From positions 2,044,011 through 2,108,010 of the forward strand of contig MU054117.1 in assembly GCA_013239625.1 (NCBI GenBank): a DNA stretch of 64,000 nt, in the 5' to 3' direction. This document shows, one piece after another, positions 1-11,984 of the stretch. Both the position numbers and the translations under genes were made by a program. The notes beneath the pieces are model-generated. The model was not told the DNA's origin, ran no database searches, and was given only the letters and a program-made list of their open reading frames with translations. Within the stretch, counting starts at the first letter, position 1. The number at the start of each line of letters is the position of its first letter. The stretch comes from Lama guanicoe (Eukaryota).

Positions 1-589
1 AAGAGAGATAATTTGATGTTTCCATGTAGGAAAGTCCCATGAAGTCACTAGCTTGGATGTGTATCTGGTTAATTAGAAAAAAAAACGCACCACTGGACGC
101 CTTGAAGATGGTTTTGGTGGTTCCAGCTGGTGGAGCTTGTATCAAGGAGCCCTGGTAAGTCGCCAGGGATGAGCACAGAGGCTTCGGTAGTTTTGAGAAA
201 CAACCCAGCAAACAAAAGCTTCCAAAGCCCAGATGATGATTCTTGGGTTACACGAGGTGAGGAATGCGGGATTTAGCAATGACGATCTGGGTTTGGGCTC
301 CGTATGACCGCACGTTAGTTACTTAGCTTGTTTTGAGTCTCGATTTCCTACCATGTATGGGTTAGTCCGCGTGGGTGCAAAGACGTGTAGGTCACAGCCC
401 CTCTCCTTAGGAGAGGGTAAGACAGATGGTTTTTAAGGATGTTTCTGTGAAAACATTGACAGAATTTAGAGAGGAAGATAGAGGGGTTTGGGACACCCAG
501 TCCAAAGTCCCATTGAATGACAGAAAAGTTCCCTGAGGAGGGAACATGCTGCCTGTCTGAGTGTCTGTTTTGAGAGGACCTGACTCCTG

Positions 590-960
590 GTCACGGACAC
601 CCGTGTTGGAGCTTGCCCGCAGCCTCCCCTGCACCTGGGCTGAATCCGCAGAGCGCGGCAAGCACTCCCGCGCGCGGCCCGGGCCCGCACCCGCACCTGC
701 ACCTCGCGGCGAGCTCTGGGGCGGGAGAGAGGATCAGACGTGTCCTGATGGACCTGACCCAGCCCCCCGCCTCGGTCCCTGGCCTGGGGGTAGTCTCTCC
801 CCGCATCCAAAGCCCAGGCCCCTTCCCCCTCCAGACTGGGCTGCGCCCGTCGGCCACCTGGCACCTCGGTCGTCTGGCTGAGCCCTGCCCCTTTCTCCTT
901 GGTGGGGGCGCAGGACGGGTGACCACGCTGTCCTCGGAGCCCAGAGCGACTCACGCCCAC
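590..960. promoter_or_regulatory. CpG-rich segment ~5.5 kb upstream of the putative SLC6A13 TSS
   Basis: Dense CGs (cccgcgcgcggcccgggcccgcacccgcacc...); function unknown. Confidence 0.4.
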
Positions 961-2667
961 CTGGTCTTGGCCAGTGCCCTTGGCGTTTGCTTATTTTGTC
1001 ATGGAAACACCAGAGTCCCTGTTGGAGCACTGAGGCTGGCGTGACTCGCGTTGCTTCTCGTCCCAGAAGCAGCCCGTCCACCACGTTCCTCCCTCAGCAG
1101 AGGCCCCCGTAACAGGAGGCGGCGGAAGCCACAGGAGGGCTCTCGGGTTCCCTGTCACTGCACGTCCCCCTCCTCCTCTGTCCAGGAGAGGTGTGTCAGG
1201 CCAGCACCCATCAGTGAGTCCCAGCCCTTGTCCCCTCCTTGAGGCCTCGCAAACCCGTCCTCCCCTCCCTGGCTCAGCGCAGGAGCTTAGGGCCCGCCTC
1301 CAGCCCGCCTCCGTCCCCTGCCCTCTTCCTAGCCAAGCCCCACTTGTTCCTGCTGCTTCATTTTCAAGTCACCCCTCCGTCTGCCCTAACCCGGCTCTAC
1401 TCGACGTCCTGCCCAGACTCCTCCCGCCCAGGTGGTAACTAGCCAGGTGCAGCGGGCCGGGCACTTCTCACCTGAGGAAGCCCACACGCCCGGGGAGGGG
1501 TCAGTGAGGGTGTGGGCACCAGGGGGCGGGGGTCACCCGAGAGTGTGTCGTGTGAGTGAAACACTGCATCAGATTCCGCCGCCGCGCCCGGGAGAGGGGC
1601 CTGATGCCGCTCACTGTCCACACCCTCCTGTTCACGTCAGAGTGAGAAAGAAAAGGCTAATGGCTTTGTTTTTCCGACGTCCCTGAGAAGAAGAGCAGTA
1701 ACTTTCCCACTTGAGCTGAATGTTTATAAGACTGCTGCAATTTGGAATAATTATAGCTGCCCTTGGGCCAGTCTCCCCCACCCCCCGCACTCAAGAGAAC
1801 GAATCTTCCCTGCTGCCTAGAAGAACAGAAATCTCCAAACCCCGCCGAGTCTGCCTCTCGCGTTCCACGTCCCTCCACCCGGCTGGTGGTCTCCCCGGGA
1901 CACACTCCAGATTGTTCACATCCTTTCTAATGTCCGTGCGAAGCCTTCTTTTAATGTTTAAATCACAATTCTGGATGAAGAAATCAGACTTCCTCGACTT
2001 TTTTTTTTAATCCGTAAGATTCACAGCAGGCACAGTGAAGAGTCTTTGCAACTTCGTTTCCTTCTGTACACTTTCCTCTTCCTTCTGTAGCTGCGAGCTC
2101 CTGGAGGCTGTCAGCAAAAAATGCCGTATTTTCCAGTCCTGGGCTCCACTCACAGATGCGGAAATGGGAGGATTCCCTCCTCATTGAAATTTCTCTCTCC
2201 TCTTTCCCGTGCATCCTGGGAAGGCCGTTTGTTCCCGGGCGCAGGGAAGTTGGCAGCTTAGTGAGCTGATTTCTTGATATGTGGTGAGAAAGGGTAAGCA
2301 TGAGAGGAAGCTCGAAGCAGGATTCAGAGTTTTAACGTATCTCATCCAAGTCTGTAAACGAATAAATAATCATTCCTTTCCAAGGTCAGTTCCTGTAAAT
2401 CCACTTGCCTGTGGCAAGTTCACTTCTTGGCAGGGCGTGGGTCAGATCTGTCAGTCCATAGACAGGTGTCCAGTACCTATAGATAGACAGAACCTGGTAC
2501 AGTTACTAGACATCTATAGATAGATGGATACACAGACAGTGGATCTCCTGAATCTTGTCTTAGAATTATAATCCTGAGATTTCCAGGCATCCTAATGTCA
2601 GCGTTTCCACGCTTCTACTACCAGTAGGATAGTATCCAAGCCTTCCCTCACAGATGGCTAATCTTTG

Positions 2668-2741
2668 CAGGGGCTGTGGCTCAGTGGTAGAGTGTGTGCT
2701 TAGCATGCGCGAGGTCCTGGGTTCAATCCCCAGTCCCTCCT
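2668..2741 (+). mobile_element. tRNA-Ala-derived SINE head (Vic-1-like), lacking a tail
   Basis: gggctgtggctcagtggtagag...gaggtcctgggttcaatccccagt with Pol III A and B boxes. Confidence 0.8.
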
Positions 2742-3989
2742 AACTGCGTCTTGTAGGTTTGGAATCTTGGGCAGTTCAGTTCTCTTCTCAGAAGCTGTTT
2801 CTTCCCCGTAAATCAGGGGTGATGCCCAGATGATGTTTGGGTTGTCAATAAAGACTAAAGAGAGTGGGCTGAAGTGCCGGCACCGGGGCTGTGGGTGCGA
2901 ACACGATGGCTTCCTGAGGTGCTGAGTGTCGGTAGGTGCCATCTTTGATGGAGAGGTGAACACCGGTGACTGTGATCGTTATTCAAAGCGCTAATTCTTG
3001 GAGACTGAGAAAAACGTCTTCAATTCATTCAAAGGTTTCAAGTATCTGCTGAGGGGCCGAGTGCTGTGAGACCTCTGTGTTCAGGAGGGGGCGCTGTACT
3101 GTCTTAAGCTCCGTTCTCGGGGGACTGCATCTGGACTCGACTCTCTGCCATTGGAGCTGAGACAGAATAACTCTGGGGATGACTGGAGCTGCTGGGAGAC
3201 CAGGCAGAAGGGGAGACAAGCCATCTCTTTTCTCTGTCGCAGCCTGAGGTCAGCTGTGGACGATTCGGAGCCAAAGGGAGACCCAGAGAAGACCCAGTCC
3301 TCCCCTCTTATGTCACGGATGAAAGCCGTCCGTCTGGAGAGGTGGGATGGCTCGCCCGAGGCCGTGTGGCACATCAGGGGCAGATCAGGGCTGGAGCTTT
3401 GGTGTCTGCCTGCCAGCTTACCCATTTTTTCCATCACACCAAATGTGCCTCATTTTGCGTTTATGCCCTGTCTTTTTGCCTGCCTCTGCTCCGCCCTCAT
3501 TGGTCCCCGTGCAGAACTCACTACCCTGTTCCCGCAGTCACCTCTTTAGGCTTCTGCCTGTTCGTCTGCTGGTGTGGACGCAGAGTTCCTCAAGTGCTGA
3601 AGTCTTGATTGGTGGAACCCCGGTCTGAGTCAGCAGTGCGGAGCCTCGGCTGGAGCCAGCACAACCCCAGGGCGTCAGCAGGCCCCGGCGTGGAGGAGTC
3701 AGGAGGGCGTTCGGGCCGCTGCAGCCTGCCGGGGATGCTGAGCTGCAGAGCTGAGGGAACAGTGGGCGGGGCGGGAGAAGGGGCCCAGGAAAGATGAAAG
3801 GCTCTGAGATTATTTATCTTGGAGAGTAAAAAGCTGAGGGTGGCTTTCGAAAAGCGTTTCAAATGTAAGGCCAGCTGTAATACATCTTCCCTGAGGACAC
3901 AATGAGAAGTACGTTAACAGCAGCCGGAGGACTCGGGCTACAGAGCTTTCTGGCTTCAGCCGCCCACTAGTCACCCAGGGAGTCATCCA

Positions 3990-4120
3990 GGGAGCCGGCG
4001 TAGCTCAGGGGTAGAGCACGTGCCTGGCATGCATGAGGTCCTGGGTTCAGTCCCCAGCACCGCCATTAAAATATAATAAATGAGCCTAATTAACACCCCC
4101 ACAAAGAAGAATTTAAAAAG
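3990..4120 (+). mobile_element. tRNA-derived SINE (Vic-1-like), apparently inserted in a MER5A-like relic
   Basis: tagctcaggggtagag...gaggtcctgggttcagtcccca, then cctaatta...ccccc and an A-rich tail; MER5A-like sequence follows to ~4240. Confidence 0.8.
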
Positions 4121-6255
4121 ACCACCGCATGTCCAAGCTACACCCCAGAACAATTAATCCAGATCGTTAGGGTTGGGAGCTGAACACCAGTCATTTTTGA
4201 AGGTCTCCTGGCGATTTCAGTGGGCAGCCGAGGCTGGAGTGGAGGCTGAGGGTGAAGCTAAGACCCCTTCACTGCTGAGGATCCTGAGACGGGCGGGGAC
4301 ACTGCGTGGGGCGTGTGACCTGACCTTCCTCCCTGGACGTGACTTAGTACCTAACAGACTCGGGGGTGTTTCGGACGGAGCCTCAGTTAGAGACAGCTTT
4401 CAGCACGGTCACCTTCTTCAGATGCAGTGCTTTCCAAGCCTGCTTGTCCACCAGGTTCACCTCGTGGAGCTCAGCAAACACGGAGAAATCTGGGCCCCCC
4501 CGCCAGAGATGCTGGGTCAAAATCTCTTAGGCTGGGCCCAGACTGTAAGTTTATATAGAAGTTATATGAAGGCTCTGCACGGTTTGATGCATTTGGAAGC
4601 CAGATGCTGACCCGATGAGCAGACGTGTGGGCACCTACTGTGTGTTCAGACCTACTGTGTTCCTTGGGAATAGGGAACACAAATTTTTTTTCCCTTGAGA
4701 AGTTCACGAACTCCTGCCCTGGAACCAGTGAGAGAACACTGCAGGAAGGACTGAGCGCTGAGTTAAATGCACAGACGGCCACGGAAGGGCCACAGAGGGC
4801 GCAGGTCAGCGGGGCAGAGTGACCAGTGAGAGCTGCGTGGGGAGCGTGGTACGGGAGTGGCTCTTGAAGACCCTGGAGGGGCTGGGGGAGGGCATGCACG
4901 CGAGACGGGAGAGGCAGGATGTCTCTGGGGACATTGAAGAAACAGTTTGGCTGGAGAGGAGGCACTTGTTGGAAAACAGAGGGAGAGACAGTGGGTGGAG
5001 GTGGCTGGGGCTAGATTGTCCAGCGGCCCTGACTTAGGAAGTCTTGAAAGCAGGAAGTCTTGCAGAGGCGATGTTGCTGGAAAGGAGGCCGTCCTCCCCC
5101 TGCGGTTGATGCGAGGTCGCTAAAGCAAGGTGCGCGCCTGGCGCCCCATCAGTGCTCTGTGATTTCTGGGTCAGAAGAGTTTACATTTTAATCTCGCGGA
5201 AGAATCACGAGGAAAGTAGCCCAAGGATGTCAATCTACTCCAGAAAAGTAATTTTTTTTTAATGGGGGGAGATGGAAGCTGCCTTGGAACCTCTGAGGTG
5301 GCCTCCCTTGACCTCCTCGGCCGTTTCCGCACATCTGTACCGTCCACAACCCACACAGTTGCCCGTCCCAGCCCCTGACTCGTTCCTACTGTCTGGCAGG
5401 GGCCAGCTTTGCTCAGGGCTCTCTCAGGCCCGTCCCTTCAGGAGCCGTCCCTGCTCTCCGTGAACCCGTCCTTCGGGGTAAATGAGGGCTTGCCACGTGT
5501 CAGGCCCTTTGCACACACTCGCGACCCTGCCAGGGAAGGAAGTCTCCCCTCTCGGTAGATGAGAAATAGACGAGGACCTGGAAGTTGAACACCTTGCTCC
5601 CGCTGGCCGCAGGCTGGGAAGTGACAGGAGCGGCCCCAGACCAGGGACCGCCAGCCTCAGGGCCAGCAGCCCCGCCTTCACTCTGCGGCTCCGCCCTGGC
5701 GGGGCGGGGCTCCCCCAGCCCCACATCCAGGTGTGGGGCTTCGCTTTGCTGCCATTGGCACTTCCTTTCCTGTGTTTAGACAATTATTTTTAAAAAATCA
5801 ATTCTAGCACATTATTTGAATATTCAAACAATACTGAAGCTTAAAAAGCAGAAGTGAAAAATGTCTCTTGACTTCATCTCCCAACCCCAACCCTACTCTC
5901 CAAATGTAACCGCTAGTAACTGTTCAGTGAATATTTCTTCAGACCTTTCTATGTGCAGAGAAGCGTATGTGTGTGTTTGGGAAGTTGTCTGACAGCTCAG
6001 GGTTCTGTAATCTACATATATTTATACGAAATCACTGTCCATTCCAATCACAAGCTGCAAAAAGATAAGATAAATACATGTTTAGATTCAGCTACCCAGC
6101 ACCTGCCCAAGAAGCCCCGACGCTGGCTGGGTTTGTAGCAGCACTTGGGCTGGAGAGAGGGGAGGAAGGCAGGGCCCCTCTGGAGAGACCCGAGGTCCTC
6201 AAGGAGGAGAGCGGGCTGCCGACCAGATCACATGGAAGCACAGCGCGAAGTCCTT

Positions 6256-6296
6256 CGCGTGTGCGTGTGCGTGTGCGTGTGTGTGTGTGTGTGTGT
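6256..6296. repeat. (GTGTGC)n(GT)n microsatellite
   Basis: 41 nt of uninterrupted purine/pyrimidine alternation. Confidence 0.95.
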
Positions 6297-6404
6297 AAGT
6301 CTGCTGCCGACGGGAGGGGAGCAGGGGGCGGAGAGGCAGGAGGGCGGAATGTGGGCTGGGCCAAGTCTAGAATTACAAGGGCCGCAGAGGAGTGGGAACC
6401 ACAC

Positions 6405-6481
6405 TTTAAATAGCCAGCCCCTCCCCTCCCCACTAGATAATTCTCCCCTCTGACCGGACTTCTGGCAGCAACTACACGAAG
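6405..6481 (+). promoter_or_regulatory. SLC6A13: Putative SLC6A13 core promoter and short non-coding first exon
   Basis: GC boxes at ~6325-6347, TATA-like TTTAAATA at 6405-6412, then a donor GAAG|GTTGGT at 6481/6482. The ATG exon starts at an acceptor (8928), so an upstream exon is required. Confidence 0.55.
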
Positions 6482-6711
6482 GTTGGTGATATTTTCTTCT
6501 CTTTCTTTTTTTTCTGCTCCTAGGTCTCAGCCCGCAGGTGGGTGGGCTCCCTGGGACTCACAACCAGAGGGTTTTGGGGTCATTTATGTGTGATATGCAA
6601 ACACTATTATTTTCTTGACTTTCTGGAGCTTCAGTGGCTGCTGACTTCAGGGCCAATGTGACTTGGAGAAAGAGAACCCTCGATGGAGAGGAAGAACTTT
6701 TGGGTTTACTT

Positions 6712-6876
6712 TTTTTTTTTTTTACATTTTTTATTGATTTATAATCAGTTTGCAATGTTGTGTCACATTCTCGTGTAGAGCACAATTTGTCAGTTATGCA
6801 TGAACATGTATATATTCATTGTCACACTTTTTCTCTGTGAGCTGCCATGAGATCTTGTGTATGTTCCCCTGTGCTA
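6712..6876 (-). mobile_element. 5'-truncated L1 3' end with a 12-bp TSD
   Basis: Poly-T, then ttattgatttataatcagtttgcaatgttgtg...; TTGGGTTTACTT at 6700-6711 and 6877-6888. Confidence 0.8.
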
Positions 6877-8932
6877 TTGGGTTTACTTCTAAGAAAATGA
6901 AGGCTTTCTTCTCTGTGAAAGGAGACAAGGTTGAAAGTTGAAAGGACATGAACTTTTGAGAGGATTGAAAGAAAATAGAAATCTGAGTGTCTGTTACACT
7001 ACGAAGCGCTTTCTTAGGTTCTTCATTGACTCCTCAGGGCTAAGGGTGCCCCGTCGTCCTCGCTTTTCCAGACGAGCAGACGGAGACTCAGGGTCACTGA
7101 TCAACTTCCTTGAGGTCGGGTGGTGCTCTGGTGCAGAGCTGCGGTGTGAACCCGGCTCACCTGACCTTCGACTGCCCGATGCTGGCCCTGAGAACTGGTG
7201 GTACCCAGGATGGGGGGATGCAGCAGGTGTCCTATCACGGGAAGACAGCCCGCGGGCCCGGAACCTGCACAGGACAGGAAGCAATCTTCTGAGAGGGACA
7301 GAGGAAGCTCCTGGGGAGCCGCTGCTTGGGTTTCTCCTTCTCCGCTGACAGTCTTGGGAGCCCGTTCCCTAATTTGTCAAACAAGCAGCATGTCCCCGGC
7401 CTCCCTCTGACTTTTTGGATCCCTTGGGGCCGCCCTGCTGGGAGGAGGGTCTGCGGCCAGATGGGACCCCTGTGGAGAAAGCGCTGTTCACATGAATTTT
7501 TCTCAGGGCGTGGAAGGAAGTCTCCGTGCCCACTTCTCCAGCAAAGGGGCCACAGGGTACGGCCGGTGGGGGTGGTCCCAAGAAGATGCTTGTGTTAGAC
7601 CCGCTGATAAACCCAGGCAGCCAGCGTGATGGGCAGAGGTAACTGAACGGGCAGGGCGGAGTGGCTTCGGGTCCCGGCTGTGCTGTAAGGTGGTACCTAG
7701 GTCACCCAGCCTCTCTGAGCGCAGCGTCCTGTGTACAAAGCAGGGGAAGTGCTGCTCCCATCTCGGGGTTGGGTGGACTGAGCGAAATAAATGGACGTAA
7801 AGTGCTGAGTCAGCCTCCTCCCGTCCCCCTGAGAATCTAGACCAGGCAGGGAAGGCTGTGGCCGGGCAGCTCCGCGTTCGTGTCTTGTTGTCTTCTCCGC
7901 TGCACAGGGTCCTACACGAGGCGCCACCGAGGCAGGAAAAGAGCCCACGATGCATCTTTCTCTGACGCTGCTGTCAGGGAGAGATGAAGGGCATCGCTGG
8001 GAAGGCCCCCTCATCCGATTCAGAGCTCCTGGTCCCACCCAACCTCTTCCATGCTCTTCAGGGATCTAGAAAAAACTGGCTTTTATGTTCATATTTCAAA
8101 ATAAGACATGTTCCTTGGGGAAGATGTGGGCAATATGAATAGGGAAAACACCCCTGCATTGTATCCGCTGAGAGGGGAGCACGGGTGGCCACGCTAACCT
8201 TCACGCAGACAAATACTTACTATTTTTCCAGCATAATCAGGTCACGTGCTCTTTTGTAACCGTTCTCGCTTCCCATATTGTGAACGTCGTTTCATCTCAT
8301 CGCACTCTCTTCTGCAGCACAATATTTAGTGATCACGGAGTAGTTCATCATGTGCGCCGTACTTTATTAACCTATTTACCGTTTCTGAACATTTATAGAC
8401 TTCCCAACTTTTTGCTGTTCTAAGCAACGGCCAACCCTGATGCTGAATTGTTACCCACAGTCACAATTACTTCCTTAGGGTAGATTCCTGAATGGGAAAT
8501 TGGTGGCTTCAAGGAGATATAAAAATCTCATCCTTTCAACTGTCCCAGGATCCGGGAGCGAGAGACAGGAGCCCATGTGAATGCAGATGGGCTGTCTGTC
8601 AGGTGCCCGGGAGGACTTAGACACCCCAGGGCGTGTGAACCCTTCCCAGGCCCCACAAGCCCCGCCCACCCGAGGGAACCTTTGTGGGGGAAGCTGTGTC
8701 TCTGCCTCAGGGTGGATGCCTTCTGCCTGACACGGGGAAGGAACACACGTTCTCAGCACTGTTGTCCAGGCGTCACCGACGAGAGACGCTGAGGAGGGTG
8801 TGGTCTGCAGCCGGGACTAGGACCTCACTTTCAGTGCGCCGTTCGCTGGGGAGTTTCCTGGTGAAGGAAGGGGTGGCTTCCCTGCCGGGGTTCCCGGCGG
8901 TCACGGGGCGCCCTGCTTGTTTTCCAGGTGGA

Positions 8933-9134
8933 ATGGATAGCAGGGTCTCGGGCACAGCCAGCAATGGAGAAACAAAACCAGTGTGCCCGGGCGTGGAAAA
9001 GGTGGAGGAGGACGGCACCCTGGAGCGGGGGCACTGGACCAACAAGACGGAGTTTGTGCTGTCGGTGGCCGGGGAGATCATCGGGCTGGGCAACGTCTGG
9101 AGGTTCCCCTACCTCTGCTACAAAAACGGGGGCG
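8933..9134 (+). CDS. SLC6A13: GAT-2 coding exon 1 (N-terminus, TM1)
   Basis: ttccag|GTGGA ATG; encodes MDSRVSG...[28 protein letters not shown] (SLC6 signature); donor G|gtgaga. Confidence 0.97.
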
Positions 9135-11984
9135 GTGAGAGCCACGGCCCCTCCCGCCCCGCAAGGCTGTCTCCCTCCCTGGCACTTCCTGCCCCCTGGG
9201 GAGCCCCGTAGACGCAGAGGATGCTGGAGCTGGAAAGACCCTTAGAAGTCGTCCAGGACACTGCAGGAGAGAGACCCAGCCGGAGGGGCGACTCCCCAGG
9301 AGCCCCTCTTGTGGCTTCACAGAAACAGGGATGTGGGCTGGGAGCCCAGGTAGATGGGAGCTTGGATTCTGGCTCTGCTGCCTCCTCTCCGTGGTCTCGG
9401 GCAAGCCCACGGAGCTGAGGCGACGCTACACATTGAGAGGGTTCTGCCTGTCCTTCCAGGTTGTTGGTAGGATTGGAGCTCACAACTGCAAAGGGCCTGA
9501 GAGGTGGTAGCTGTCCTGAAGGCGACGCTGGTGCCCAGCTCTCCCGTGGTCTGAGACTCAGTTGCTGTGGCTTCATGTGTTCCCCCTGCTCCGCCGGCCC
9601 CATGACGTCCCCGCCGACCCCCACTGCGTATCACCTTGATACCAGTGCCTCTTCCTCTGAAGTTTCCCCACTGAAGATGTCTGTGGGGTGGGAAGGGGGA
9701 GCACGAATGCTAACTCTGTCCCGGGTCTCCACTGGCCTCTCATTCTTGTCCGTCCCGTGCCCTGCAGACCCTGCGCCGTCCCCACAGCAGCACTGGTCAC
9801 TTTCCCACCATGGACTCTGCAGGAGGATCTTCCAGGCGCCGCAGGGCTCTGGCTGAGCAGTAGGCTCGGAAGATCTCCCCCTTGGGGGGGGTAAATCCTA
9901 GCGGGACTGGGCTCCCAGCTCTGGTTTTGAGTCTGGGCTGGAGGAGGGGAGACGCAGCGGGAGGTCCGGGGAAAGGCTGGGGGAGTGGGAGTTCCGTGGG
10001 CCGAGAGGTTGGAGGAAGCCCTAATGTAACACCTACCCTTCCGTGGGGCCGTCGGAGCCTCCACGTGCATGAGCCCCGTCTCGGTGGCTCTGGGGAGAAA
10101 GCCCCCAGCGCGGCGTGGAGGAGGGAGGTCGGGGGACAACACACAGACGGCCTGAGTCCATGGTCTGGTTCTCAGGGTGGTGGCCCTGGGGACTGGCCTG
10201 GGGCTGGACGTTAACTTGTGCTTCCCAGAGGGTGGGATGGGCTGACGTGTCCTTTCTCCGCAAGGCTTTCTGGCCGGCAGCCTGAAACCACAGGACTTTG
10301 CTCAGTCTGTGCTGTGAGCGAAGGAGGGAGGTCCCGGCCTAGCCCCGGGCGCTCTGCTCGCTGGCTTGTTCAGACATCGAGGCCCGAGGGTTGAGGGATG
10401 AGGCTGGTCCAGGGAGGAGGAGGAGTCGGGGGCTAAGCTGGGCCTTGGGGCTCCGTGTCTGGAACCCAGTCACCAGCTTAGCTCCTCACGTGGCAGAAGA
10501 TTAGGAGTGAGCAGCTTTCCCCAAGCCTCTCCGGAATTGGGGGAAGTTGGTTAGGAATTAGCAGGAGTGGCACGAAGGGGCAGGAGACGGGGCCCCAGGT
10601 CGGGTGCAGGCCGCTGGGCGGAGGAAGGCCAAGCGAAGGGGCGCAGGGTTGTGGGGAGTGCGGGTTCGCCCCGTCGAGGCCAGGCTTCTGGCGGGTTTGC
10701 ATCTGATTTCCGCCTGGGGCCCCGTGTAAGTCTGTGCAGCCTGGGCGGGTGGCTGTCTCGGGGGAAATGCAGGCCAGGAGTGAGCGTGTGCACGGCCCTT
10801 GGTCTTGCATGTGGACGCCTGTGGGGGACGTGGAGGCAGGAGGGTGGCCGCCTCCCCGCTGAGCAGAGCCCGCCCTCCAGCACCTGGGGCCCTGTGGAGA
10901 GTGAGACAGGCGTTTCCCGGGTGCTGGTGCCCCTGCGTGAACCCTTGCACCCCCCGATGGGGTGCAGGCCTCTCTCTCCCTGACGGACGACAGCAGCTGG
11001 AGGAAGGGCCTGAAGGGCTCGGGCGGCAGGCTGATGCCTGGCTGCTCTGAAGGGCGAGTCACCCTGGGCCACGGGCTGGATGAGCGGAAGGCGCCTCTGG
11101 AGGGGACCCGGGCCGCGGGGTCTGCAGAGGGACCCGGACGGGCCTGCTTTTCTGGTTTCGGTGTTGCCGGCAGTTCAACCTTGCTGTCCCCATTCACCAC
11201 CCCTCCCCTCCCTCCAGACTTCATCTTGACACCTCTCGTCTCTTTATCAAGAAGGGGGCCTATGCCTCCTTAGGGCAGGGCCCTGTGCTGCCGGCGTGGG
11301 GAAGCGGGGTGAGGAGAAGGGAGACCATTTAGGTTGGGATGAATGTGTCCTCTTGGCTTACTGATTTTACTTAAGCCTGTGGCTCTCAGATTGAGGCTCG
11401 GGCTCCAGGGGGACGAGAGGGAAGTTCCCAGCAGGCTCTGGAGGAGGATGCTGGGTGATACCGGGAGAACCACGTTCGGGTACCGTATGCCATCACCTGC
11501 TTCTCGAACTTCATAGCTGTAAACGGCCACGTCCGTGCTTGGTGAGGAGGATAAACTGGGGACTTTATCATTATTAATATCTGCTCAGTGGTGAAGCCTG
11601 GGAGGAAAAAGTCCCCAGAGCATAATTTTAGCTCCAAACTAAAAATACAAGAGATGTCTTCTTTGGTTCCTTCCAGCTTTGACATCTGGTGGATCCGATC
11701 GGAAGTGAGTCTCAGAGCAGGGAGAGGGCTGAGGCCAGAACAGGACAGAGGGAAGGCACACAGGTAAACACTGTAGCTGGAAACCGGAGACGCTGAGACA
11801 GGGGTCTGAGGAAGCCCACCGCAAATCACCTTCGTCAGGAGGTGGGAGGGAGGGACGCCCGCCGCAGCCACCTCCGAGGTGGGCATCCTCCCTGCCGTCC
11901 AGGACCTGTGGCCAGCACGCCCCGAGCACCTGCCTCACCCTGATGGCTTTCTAGGGTTGGGCCCGTCTGGCCACCCAATGACAG

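Noticed and set aside
499..511. HNF4-like DR1 (AGTCCAAAGTCCC) and a CCAAGGTCA nuclear-receptor site near 2379
   Set aside because: Short single motifs with no conservation or chromatin data; cannot be told from chance.
3081..3096. Additional CTCF-like motifs (3081, 44091, 44856)
   Set aside because: Two mismatches in the core, in GC-rich DNA where such matches are common.
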